NCBI GenBank assembly: GCA_051294375.1
Contig: CM119263.1
Location: forward strand, 24,718,688-24,782,687
Reading direction: 5' to 3'
From: Paraspadella gotoi
Lineage: Eukaryota > Animalia > Chaetognatha
Length of the DNA stretch: 64,000 nucleotides
Each line of letters starts with the position of its first letter. Position 1 is the stretch's first letter. Below, one piece after another: positions 45,833 to 57,000 of this stretch. The notes under the pieces are model-generated. The model searched no databases. It was not told the origin of the DNA and saw nothing but the letters and a program-made list of their open reading frames with translations. The translations under genes were made by a program, and so were the position numbers.

Positions 45833-48767
45833 GAAGTGTGATGTGGAAATAAAGCGCTGGAGGACAGAGGTAGAAAAAAAAACATGTTTACTTGAAGAAA
45901 AATTCACAAAAAGAGGAGAGCTTGAGACGGAGGAGAGACGAGAGCAGAGGAGAGTGGTGAGAGAGAGAGAGGGAGAGAGAGAAGAAGTGAGAGAGAGAGA
46001 GAGACATAGAAAGGAAAAGAAGACGCGAAAAAAAGTAGAAGAAGAAATAAAGGAGAAAGAGCCAGAAATCGAGAAGAACCGGCAGTTAAAAGCCTTTTTG
46101 ATTGTCGAAACGCGAAGGCAATTCGCAGAAGGAAAGACGATGGAATGTAGCCAGGGGGGGCGCCGGTGACCAGGGGTGGCGATGTTGACGTGGAGGGTAA
46201 GGTTCAACGGCCCGTGACGCATGTGATTGATGGAAGCAAGAGCACGGCCGTCTGAGGTTAGAGGCGAAGAAGGAGTCGCCCGCTATCATGCATTTTCGTC
46301 TCGAGACGACCTCCATCTCTTTCTCTTTCTGTTTCTTTTGATATTTTATGACAGGGCCCGTCAACAAACCATTTGCCCGCCGTCGCGCGAGTTTAGTTCC
46401 ACACTGTCAACCCATGACCACAGAAGATTAGTCAGGGCATTTGAAATAATACTTTTAAATTCAGAAATCCGAAGAAATCTTGCGAATTTAATAATAATTT
46501 AATAATAATAAATAAATAATATTAATAATAATAATTAATAATATATATACGTCGACGGAATATAATAATAAGCAGCTGCGAAGCGTAATTACGTCAAAGT
46601 TCTATTCGACTCATAACTCCGTGAAATAAAGCAGTTAATGGGTAATGTAAATAAGGCTCGAGTATGCTTGCAGCTAATGTCACATTTTAATAAATAAATA
46701 CAAGTAATAAGAATTATATATTACATAATATCACTTAAATGTGCAAGTTAGCGTTACATTTAAATCTGAAGGTATTACTATAATACTTAATATTTGCTAC
46801 CGCTTGCGAAATTTTATTTTCTGAACAATTAATTTATATATTGAATATATATACACATCCTTATCCTAGATACTGCTCTACTCTTTCAGGCCAAACTTCC
46901 GCTGAAAGCGAGGGAGCTTCCACACGACGTCGTGTCTTCTCGTTCGCTAGGGTACTCGTATTTTTCTCTTCCAGTCATCATAAGGACGTTCTCGTTGTGC
47001 CGTAAGCCTCATTTTTTTTATATGAATTCGGGACACGAGATATCATTCCTCTATTTGTCTCTGATCACTCAGATAGAGTTCGACAGAACTATCCTCCTCC
47101 AATCCGCCGTGGGTTTTGTTCGCGCCGTACACATCTTATATATATCTTTTGATTCGCGAGTTAAAGTGTAAAAGTTAAGTTATATCTGATCGCTTTCGCC
47201 TTACATGCCGCAATTCCTCCCTAGTCGGCGAAGGACTGAGTCTGCAAGGACGGCGATTACGGCTTGGAGAGGAGAGAGTCGTTACCGTCACATCGTGACG
47301 ACAACGGATACCGCGATGATCGTCAACCGCTGGCAGCTTACGCGCTATCGGCCAGCGCCTGGGAGGACATCACAGGACAAGCTACGTGATAGCAATCCGT
47401 CGTCAGCGAGTCTAGACGAAAGCGCGTATGGAGACCCAAGGCCGGGATGGACTTCTGGATACGGACGTAGAGTACAGCAGTGCATTGACACGGCATGATT
47501 TCACCGCACGGTATCGCTTGGGTCAGAGGAGACCGAGGAGCAATGGGGACGCTCTGGCACGGAAAACGAGGAAAACCTTGTTCGCCTCCGTTAAAAGTTT
47601 TACTTTTATATTTGTTTACGGGAAGTATAAGTTATCGAGGAAAAAGCCGGAAGAACTTTCAAAAGTACGGCTGCGACTGCCAAGGGACATCGCGAAGTGA
47701 TGATTTCCATTGGCGACAGGACTGGAGATGTGACGAGACGTTCTGCCTGAGGCGAACTATGGACCGAGACTACCAAGGGAGTCGTCTAGAACGAGGGGTG
47801 AGAGAAACCTTGATCAGGTGGGAAGTCGATTTTGAACGACCTTGTAGATGTTCGGTGATGACTGGCGATCTTATACCTAAGTCGAAAGTATATTTATCAA
47901 TGATGAAATTTTACGTAATCTGATTAAGACTCCCGACGTCTCGATGGGAGCGGTTTGGAATGTCAGAACTTAGAGTTTCGCCTAAAAAGTGATATACCTT
48001 TATATTCCCTCTTGAAGCCGCTTCCTCACGACTCTGTAGTAACAGTGTTTCTTCCCTCCCCAAACCCACAGAGCTGCGCAATACCCCTCTTCTTCGCGGT
48101 TTTTTTTGGCACCAAAAACACCCACATGACGTCACGTCGTTTGGTATTCGAGCCGTGGGCGTTCCTTGGCCGAGGTATATTCACCCGTCAATTCCCATGG
48201 GGAGAGACTTTTCAACGAGGCTTCATGAAGAATTACAGAACGACGTGATGGTGACGGAGTGGGCTTACCTCTAGTTCATAAATCGTTCTTTTGCTATCGT
48301 CACCTANNNNNNNNNNNNNNNNNNNNNNNNNNNNNNNNNNNNNNNNNNNNNNNNNNNNNNNNNNNNNNNNNNNNNNNNNNNNNNNNNNNNNNNNNNNNNN
48401 NNNNNNAATTAAATTTAATCAAATTAGTAACAATTTTTAAAAAGATTTAGAGAACGCATTAAAAATATTCAAAATCACAAAGACGTTGACGAAAAAAAAT
48501 TTAAAAATTTCTGTTTTTTAAATTATTATTATTTTTTACGTTTCACGTCGTCAAGAAAAAAATCACTAAATGAGGAAGAAAGAGAAAAGGAGAAAATTTA
48601 AATCTGGATCGAACCTTAACGAGAGCACCGCTTTTCTTCATTGAGGAAAGTCGATTTTTCTGGCTTGAGTGTGTTAGTTTTTACACATAAAAGTTTATAT
48701 ATGTAAAAGAACATCCATTACTTACCCATATTATTTACACGAATCAAAAAACCCGAAAATTCTTCAC

Positions 48768-48813
48768 TAGTAAATAGTAAATAGTAAATAGTAAATAGTA
48801 AATAGTAAATAGT
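48768..48813. repeat. (TAGTAAA)6.5 tandem repeat
   Basis: Six perfect 7-mers plus TAGT. Confidence 0.95.
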
Positions 48814-49389
48814 TGTTTGATTCTCACTTCGCGCGAACTTCGGCAAAAAAAGTCTTTCGATATTTTCAGCTTAAACTTCATCGATCAAAAATGTTTTCAG
48901 TAGCGGAAGCCGACCAAATTTAAATTTTAATGGGAACAGTATTAAACGAATCCATTATTGGTATTAGTTATTGTGTTAAAATATTTTTTTGCAAAAATTT
49001 TCCGAACCATGAGTAATTCGTTAATTAAAATTATTATATTGCTATGAAATTGGTACAACCAATATAAAAATTATCCATTCATTTAATAAATAAGCTATCT
49101 TGTCCCTGACTTTGGACAGGCTTTGGTGGTTTAAGGCCTCCATCACTCTTACAAGATAATGACATAGCAGGTCCCTGCAAGCTTTCAATCAAGACTCTCT
49201 CACAGTCCCGTTTATTCACTCCCAGAGAGTAGTATATGAGACCAGGCTAATCAACATTACTTTTGTTAGAGCAGAATTGACCAGTGAAATATGTAGTAGT
49301 AAGTATTAGTGGCCGGAGCGTTGGCCATAGTAACCCATGTGGGTGTCCGGTGTGAAGGGTGTGTTAAGGGGGTTAAGTGGGGGTGGTCC

Positions 49390-49850
49390 GTGAGAGTTTC
49401 GAAATTCTCCTTGACCAGGTTGGAAATTTTCCGGCCAGAAGTTCGCGCCGGACTCCGGGTTCCAGAAAAAATTTGTGGAAGCAGTTAGTTATATGTTATT
49501 CCTTTAGTTCCTTTATGTGGTCTGACTGTGAGAATTTCGAAATTCTCCTTGACCGAGTTGCAAATTTTCCGGCTAAAACTTCGCTCTTCACTCCGGGTTC
49601 CAGAAAAAATTTGTAGAAAAAGAGATTCTCTCTCTATCTCTCTCTCTCTCTCTCTCTTTCTGGCCGAAGCCAATAACAAAGAAAATTGCAAATTTTCCCA
49701 GGAAAATTTGAAAACTTTGGACTGTATTTTTCTACTACGATCTCCTTTTTATTTATATATATATTTTTTTTTGCTCGTACTAAATTTGAAATTTTCCTGG
49801 GAAAATTTGTAATTTTTGGGCTATATTTCTCTACCATGATATCCTTTCTA
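49390..49850. repeat. Subterminal direct repeats containing palindromes
   Basis: A ~90-bp unit occurs at 49390 and 49528 (period 138) and contains GAGAATTTCGAAATTCTC. A ~60-bp unit occurs at 49689 and 49788 and contains AAATTTTCC-NN-GGAAAATTT. Confidence 0.85.
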
Positions 49851-50582
49851 TCTCTACAGGTTCATTGTCGAAATTAACCTTGCTCTTTTGTTTCATTCCA
49901 GAATTCAGCTTTTACGGGCGATCTCAGAAAAAATCTACCGGGGTCGTACCAACGATCGAACCTCAACGATGGACTGCTCTAAAATTGACCAATGAAAGCC
50001 AAGTTTGTCGGTTCACTCTAAACCAATCAGGGGCGGAGTTTGGACAAAACGGCCGTTTGACAATAAATACTAATAATTTTATATTATTTGAGTTTTCTAT
50101 TAAAAAATATTGTATATACCAGACAAATCTACTACATTAAGATATAGTATTAACATTAAAAGTCGTATTTTACAATGCAGTTTTGAATCGGCCAATCATA
50201 GTTCGACGTTGGAGCCTTCTCAGTTTCTCGCTTCTCATTGGTTCGTTTTTAAAGCACCCAACCGTTGAGGTTCGATCCTTGGTACGACCCCGGTAAATTT
50301 TTTTATGCCAATTCTTCATGGGGTGGAGATCCACGGTTTGGCTTCTGCGACGAACGAGAAGATGAGACGGCGGTACATAGTACTGCTTTTCGAGGACGAG
50401 GATATGACATTACACTTCTTAAATTTCTCAAAAGATTGTCAAATATATATTATGGTTTTTTTAGTCAGTAGTCGACATAGTCCTAGCTCTGTTTTTACTT
50501 TGACTGTCGTAGGCTTTTAAACAAAAACATTGTACGATTAAGCATAATTTTTATTCAGTTAAAACATTTTTTAAGATAATAT

Positions 50583-51534
50583 CTACATCCAATACAAATA
50601 ATTGCGATATCGCTGGCTCTTAAACCGACCCCTAGTTTTAATAATTTTGGCTGTTTGTTTTAACTGCCAGCAACGAAAAATTGCCTTTGCTTCTTCGAAT
50701 TGGACGCCGACCAAATTCAACGTCGACAAAGAAACGGTATTAGTTGACGTAGCGATGTCACCAGTTGTCCTTAGATGTAAATTGTCCTTAGCCAAAGCAC
50801 AGAAACGCCGCATGTTGAGGTAGAAAGTTGGCGGCCCCGACTTTCTGATGTCGCGGCCATGACAGTACTCTATTGGCTGAAATTCACAAGAGCAAAGGCG
50901 GTCGTGTATGGAGCAGTACCTAATAGGGGTTAATATTGGAAACTAAAGACAATATACAAATTTACCCACGGAAATAAACAATTTCAGAAGTTAATATATA
51001 CCTTAGCCTTACTCTTCCGTCGTACAAAGCCGTGTCGTCTAAAGCGCGCCTTTTTTCGCCGATGGGTTCTTGGTATACGAAAAGCGTCTCCATGCTCGAG
51101 TCGTGTCTGAGGTTTCCTACTGGGAGCTGCAAAATCTCGATCGGCCAGCGACTTAAGAACGATCTAAGGTCGTGTCTTTTCGGAAGACGAGCCCAATAAA
51201 GGTGGAAATTCTCAGGAAACATGTCCCATTTTAACCGCCGGTAAGAGTATCGATCCTCAAACCTCCGATAAAAATTAAACATCGATAAACATTTAAAAAA
51301 AATGTAAATATAAAAAGCGACTTAATATTTCAGAAAATAAACATACATTTGACGCTCGTCGTCATCTAAGAACGCCGACTTCTGCCCCACGTAAATGTCG
51401 AATCGCTGGAACTGTGGTACTATTCGTTGGCCACCATCTGTGAATATCCGCCCCTGTACTTGAACGTGTTGAGTCATTCGACGAATTTTATCATAACTGC
51501 CGTAAAGGAGTGCATTTTCTGAAAACCTACTCAT
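50583..51534 (-). CDS. Orphan 3-exon gene B (261 aa), paralogue of gene A
   Basis: Exons 51534-51347, 51262-51002 and 50919-50583, with both GT-AG introns in phase 2 (the first acceptor is a weak GAG). Gives a continuous ORF, MSRFSENALLYGSYDKIRR...RGRFKSQRYRNYLYWM. Confidence 0.75.
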
Positions 51535-51712
51535 TTTAATGTTTTAAACTTTTTTTAATTTTTTTTTTATTTTAACATTGAAACCTGGACCGAATAAAAA
51601 GTCGAAATAAATATAACGAAACACAAACATATTAATACAATAATACATCGAGTTAAAGTTAGAAATTTGCATTTGTGTAAATCTATATAGATATCCACCT
51701 GTGTATATGGAT

Positions 51713-52700
51713 CTATTTATAAACACCAAACGGAAATAGGTCAATATGAGGTTGTCTACATGGACAGGGCATCCCATTCTTACACGAAGCCGCAATGAAG
51801 GCACGATAGTCCTTTGGCGAAAAATCGCCATTCTCCTTAGCCACGTAATGCGCGTCAGCCCGAACGTCCCACCAGTAGAAAATTTCGACGGCTTCGTGAA
51901 ACTTGACGTCCGCTAGCATGAGGGTGCGCATACTGAGATTGGTTGTAATCAAATCGCCTGCCAGCTGACTGTGTAAGTTTTCTTTTGCGAAGGTTTGTAG
52001 GCGTGTCTCGTCTATGAAAAACCTCGTCTCTTCTTTGCTCTCTGGCATAATATTCACAGAAATAAACTCGATGAAAGCAATGCGCTTGGACGATTGTCTG
52101 GAAAAGTATTTGTAAACATACTTTTAAATCGATTAAAACTAACCATATAAAAAGTAATCGCCTCGCAGATATGCCTCACCGATGCTCAAGGCTGGGGTCT
52201 ACAATGGCACTGTCGTCCCATGTCCAATTTCTTTGATTTTCCAATCGCCTCTTGCGCAGACAAAGCGATCTCATCTGCCGATCGCCAAATTTTCGCCCGA
52301 CTTGGAGCCGAAGGATGTCGAGTGGGAATTTTCCCGCGAATATCCTGCGAAATTGTTCTTCTTCCGGGATGGCGATCTTATAGAATTGCCAATATTCGTT
52401 GTGTTTGCCCGCGAATCGTGCCCACCTTTTAGATCTTGCCTCAAAACTACAATATTTAAATATTAGAATATTAAAATATTGTTTTAACGTAAATAAAATT
52501 AAAAACGAGTCTAACCTTTCCCTGACCGACTCGTCGAGGAACAGCGACCGCTGCGCCCTGTGGATTTTGAACGGACAGCCCACGGTCCCAATCCTTTTTG
52601 CACAACCCTTCATTGATTGCGTTTCTACTCTTATGGACCCGCGGCACCGCTCGATCTTATCCCAACACGCGTAGTACAACCCCCTTTTCACTTTCTCCAT
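51713..52700 (-). CDS. Orphan 3-exon gene A (278 aa), paralogue of gene B
   Basis: Exons 52700-52516, 52446-52180 and 52097-51713, with GT-AG introns of 69 and 82 bp, both phase 2. Gives a continuous ORF, MEKVKRGLYYACWDKIER...CPCRQPHIDLFPFGVYK. Confidence 0.78.
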
Positions 52701-53074
52701 TTTCTTCTTTTCTCGTACAATTTTAAAGTTCGATGGCTTTAAAGTCTTAAAGTTTGTTAGTTTTTGATATTTCTTTATTCGATAAACAGTAAAAATATAG
52801 TCAATTTTTAACAATATTTAATATTAAAGTATTAACATTATACAAATTACAAATGTTAATTCGAATCCTAGCATTAACAACACATCTGTGTCTCCGATCA
52901 GAAAAAAAATTCGACAAAAAATGTCACAAAATGAAAATCGGATCTGGGTGGATCGCGGTCCTTCGGCAAATTCGACCATTCAGAGTTCGAGATCAAAATT
53001 AAGCATCTCCGATTTGCTAATGCGTTTTTAGTCACCAAAAAAATCGGATCGAGTGCTCGTTTGACAAAAAAAAT

Positions 53075-53128
53075 AGACCAATAAAAAAAGACAAAACATT
53101 TCATTGGTCGACGCCCCTATATAAGGGC
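53075..53128 (+). promoter_or_regulatory. TATA box with CCAAT boxes upstream of the membrane-protein gene
   Basis: gcccc-TATATAA-gggc at 53113-53128, ATTGG at 53103 and CCAAT at ~53079. ATG follows at 53184. Confidence 0.6.
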
Positions 53129-53183
53129 AGAGTTTTTTCTAGGAAATTTACTTTATTCACGGCTTCATTCTGCGTCGACATGC

Positions 53184-54257
53184 ATGCTATCAAAATTGCG
53201 GCTTTTTCTCTCTGCTTTGGTCTCTGTTCGTGGCCAGGTTTTGGATTTAAATTCAGTCCTCGTTGATTACGATCTACGAGAATTGGGTGTCCATGGTAGA
53301 CCCGCCTTCGGAAATTGCCAAAAAGGATGACAACCAGGACCAGAAAACCGACTACGAAACTGACCACGGAACTGAAGAACGACAACCTCGAGTCGATTTC
53401 GATGCTTCTCGAACAAGGGTGGCCGCAGCCGAAGGGTTGACGCCAAACCCGAAGTAAGAGAATTCAGAGGAAATTCGGCCCCAGCGGTTCCAGGTTTGTC
53501 CCCGGACAAACTGGTAGCTGATCCGGACGTTTTTCCCGCCGAAGTGGCTAAGCCGAAAGGTGCAGTCGCTCCGGAAGCGGAAGAATGGAAGGATTTGGCT
53601 GCGGAACCACCTGCAGGCTTGTCCCCGGACAAACCTGTAGCTGATCCGGACATTTTTCCCATCGAAGTGGCTGAGCCGAAGGGTGCAGTCGCTCCGGAGG
53701 CGGAAGAAGAGAAGGATTCGGCTGCGGAAGAACCTGCAGGCTTACCGACGTACGAAGAGGCAATTGGTCTGGCTGCTTCTCGATCCAGGATGGCTGAGCC
53801 GAAGGGTGAAGCTGACCTCGTGGTTGAGAAGCAAAAAGATTCGATTCCCATACCAACAAAAAGGACGACTACCACAACTACCACGTCTACCATTACGACA
53901 ACCACGACAACTACGACAACGACGAAACCTCAGCCAAAGGACAAAGAGGCAATTTCTGAAAGCGGTTCTAGCCTAAAAACGATCGGGACTAAAGTCGCGG
54001 AAATTGGTATGTCGACTCCACAGATTGTCGACCTTGTCTTCGCTGTTCTGGCACCATCCGGCGTGTTGGCGTTCCTGGTCGGTCTTGGTGTTAAGTGTGT
54101 GAAATTAAGACGGCAAGGTTTCTCATACAGGGAAATCGCTGCAGTCTTATTTTACATCTTATTAAGCCGATTCTGCCCAGATCGCTTGCGCGTCTTCGAG
54201 GATCCGAGGGACCAACCACGCCGCCCGCCGGACGTGATTGTACTTCCTGCTCCCTAA
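53184..54257 (+). CDS. Putative membrane glycoprotein: signal-like N-terminus, 2x41-aa acidic/Pro repeats, Thr-rich stalk, C-terminal TM segment(s)
   Basis: ORF 53496-54257 has a 123-bp repeat (53496 and 53619), poly-Thr, hydrophobic IVDLVFAVLAPSGVLAFLVGLGV followed by KCVKLRR, and a second hydrophobic stretch IAAVLFYILL. Upstream MLSKLRLFLSALVSVRG (ATG 53184) joins only through 1-2 frameshifts. Confidence 0.65.
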
Positions 54258-54914
54258 TGGCCTCGTCCACCCAAACTGCCTTTTTTAAGGCAACCAACTT
54301 ACCCAAACAGCCCTTTTTAGGGCTACCAAATTGTCTAAAAAGATCGTCATTCATAATAATTCTTATTCTTTTGGAAGGTCTCGATAGTGCATGCCTAAGA
54401 TTAGGAAGCGTGGTAGGAATAGCAATGCATATCGTCTGTTGAGAATTACTTTCAGCTTAATTTGCTACCTTAAAATTAAACTCTTTTTTTTCGTACAAAC
54501 AATATAACAGTAATCTTTATTATTACTACATGAAAGCGACAAAAAAAATACTAAACTAAAGTAGACAATCCGCGCATTTAAAACCTAGACAAGTTTGTCT
54601 AGTGTGGCACCTTCGCTCCAAGGTTTTGATTAGAAATGCATACTGACATTTCTTCTGAAAGATAATACAAAAAGGTTGAATAATAAGTCTATTTGAGCAA
54701 AAATATACAGTTTGCAAACAATTATCATAAGTAAATTGTTTCTATTTAAATTTTACTTTCACCGAACGCAATTTTGGCGACTTTTAAAAAAGTACTTAAA
54801 ATTTTTTTTAACAAAAAAAATTTAAAAAAAATATACTTAATTACCAACCCTAATTTGGTTAACCAGGGCCAAAGTAAAAGTAACCAATATTTCATCGTAT
54901 TCAACGAGACTCAC

Positions 54915-55343
54915 CACAATCAGATCGAAGCTGTATGTTGTATTCTCTCCCTTGTCTCGTCCATTCCCGGGCAATGATGTCGTTTTCTCTGCGCATTGAA
55001 AAATTGAAAATTTAAATTTAAAACCAAAATTACCTTAATCGATTAAAAAAAATCTAAATCTATAATTTTTTACCTCACTGGTTCTATATCCTTTTCAGTT
55101 GCTGTAAGTCTGGCAACTGATTCTCATCAGCGATCGCTCCTCGCGTCTGTAAAACGTCAATTAAGAAATAATTTAAAAATGACAAAATAAATAACTAACG
55201 TAAAGATTGACCTGTTATAGCACAACACATTTGATTTACATACTAGGTGATACTTACAGCGCTTTTAGTTTTCCTTTTCCTTGATTATCGCAGTGCGCCG
55301 ATTCCTCCCAAGACTTCTCGACGTTGTTCGCTTGGTTCTGCAT
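54915..55343 (-). CDS. Possible small multi-exon gene
   Basis: Exon-like blocks with GT/AG ends: 55343-55258 (MQNQANNVEKSWEESAHCDNQGKGKLKA), 55146-55074, and 54988-54915 (ENDIIAREWTRQGREYNIQLRSDC). One indel is needed to keep the frame. Confidence 0.3.
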
Positions 55344-55609
55344 TTCTATTGTTTAGAATCGGAGATTAACAGAACCTAGTAAGTAAATTTAGAAATTATA
55401 TATATAAAAAGAAAAAAATCGAAAAACGACGAAAAAAAAATACAAAGAGAAAAACGAGGAAAAAAAATCGCGACGATGAGAGAAGAGGGAGAGATTCGCA
55501 CGCAGAAGGAGATTAGAAAGTTGTGAATGTGAGAATGGTGACCCAAAAGACTCTCCCGAGCACGCCGTCGCCGTTGTTGTCATCGCCGCGTCATCGTCGC
55601 CGCCGTCTA

Positions 55610-56095
55610 TTGCCGACCAATAATAAAGGGGAGAATTCTTAGAACCAATCGCGTTACTAGACAGCAACACCCCCCATTGATCTTCGGTTTGCGCCAACGA
55701 ATCACAAACGGGGAGAATTTATCTAGCCAATCGGGTTGCGAGGCGCGAACCTCCCTGGACTCGATCGTCGACAACGTCCGCGCCAACCAATCGCGATAGA
55801 GAGAATTTCGACACCGATTGATGCGAGACGCCAATTTTGCGCCACTCGATCGTCATCTTCGTTTTGAAATTGAAATTGAAACAGGCAAGAATTTCGAGAA
55901 CCAATAAGCATTTACCTACCCCCCCCCTCGGCTGTGGTCGATGCCTTTGTCGACTGTGCCGGCGTATCACGAGAAGTGAAAATTTTGAAAACCAATTGGA
56001 AAGCAGGATGCATCGCCTTTTAAGGCAATCTGATTAGCCAATCGGTAAATCTAAGAATTTGGAAATTCTCAGAAAAGCTTAGCGTCAGTATAAAA
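55610..56095 (+). promoter_or_regulatory. CCAAT-array promoter with TATA box, between divergent genes
   Basis: Eight same-strand CCAAT at 55617, 55645, 55727, 55787, 55831, 55901, 55992 and 56038. TATAAAA at 56089. Confidence 0.65.
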
Positions 56096-56153
56096 GGTCG
56101 TTATAGACAAATTTTCATTTTTTTTGATGGGAGAGAGAGAGAGAAAGAGAGAA

Positions 56154-56191
<38 letters not shown>

Positions 56192-56466
56192 GAGTTTGGC
56201 ATTAAATTCGACATATTTGTGAATTCCTTTTGGCGGCTCACGGTCAATTTCAACAAACTTGTCACGTGACTCGCCCCGCGGTCAATTGAATCCGAGTCCT
56301 ACCAAAACTTTCTATAGTCGAATATAACCTCGTTAAAGGCATCACCGGAGAGAGGAGAGAGAGAGAGGAATGATGATGATTAACCCCCTATCCCTTTTCC
56401 TCGGCTATTCCCAGGCCCCCTCTCCCTCTCTCCTATCTCTCTCTCCCATTCTCTCTCTTTTTCTCA

Positions 56467-56500
<34 letters not shown>

Positions 56501-57000
56501 TTCTCTTTTTATACTTTCTCCCTCGCTCTAACTCACCCTCGCTCTTTTTTTTTCCTTGCACCGCTGTTTTATCCACCATTCCTTATCAATAGCATCACGA
56601 CTATATCTGTCAGACGGTCTGACCGTCTCGGTTCATCTGTCGCCCTCTGTCTTCCCATTTGACCACGTCTCACCCATCTCAGCTTTTCACCCATCCCAAC
56701 TTTTAACCCTAAACCCAATACCCCACTTCTGGTCAAATGTAAGGAATGTGAGGCAACGGGTTAAGTAGATATTCTCCGTCTTTCCAGTCAGTTATTCAAG
56801 AAAAAAAAATTCGAGTTATTTTTTTTATAACGAAATGCAATCAACAGAAAATATCTTGGTGACGTTTTGAATATTATTTTCTCAGAATAATTAGTTTTTC
56901 TCTGTTTCAATTTCTTTTAATTTGGTTTTTTTTTAATTTTTAAATATTTTTATATCGATAGTAACAACAATAACAATTTCTGTTTTGTTTGTCAGCGCAG

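Noticed and set aside
49390-49850. CRISPR-like repeat-spacer pattern
   Set aside because: Only two copies of each long unit, in a eukaryotic context with no cas genes.
50262-50304. GGTTCGATCC B-box with a downstream T-run, suggesting a tRNA or VA-like RNA
   Set aside because: The T-stem pairs poorly, there is no convincing A-box or cloverleaf, and a T5 run lies just upstream.
53267-53905. 212-aa antisense ORF over the membrane-protein gene
   Set aside because: A shadow of the repetitive sense ORF; promoter and topology evidence favour the plus strand.
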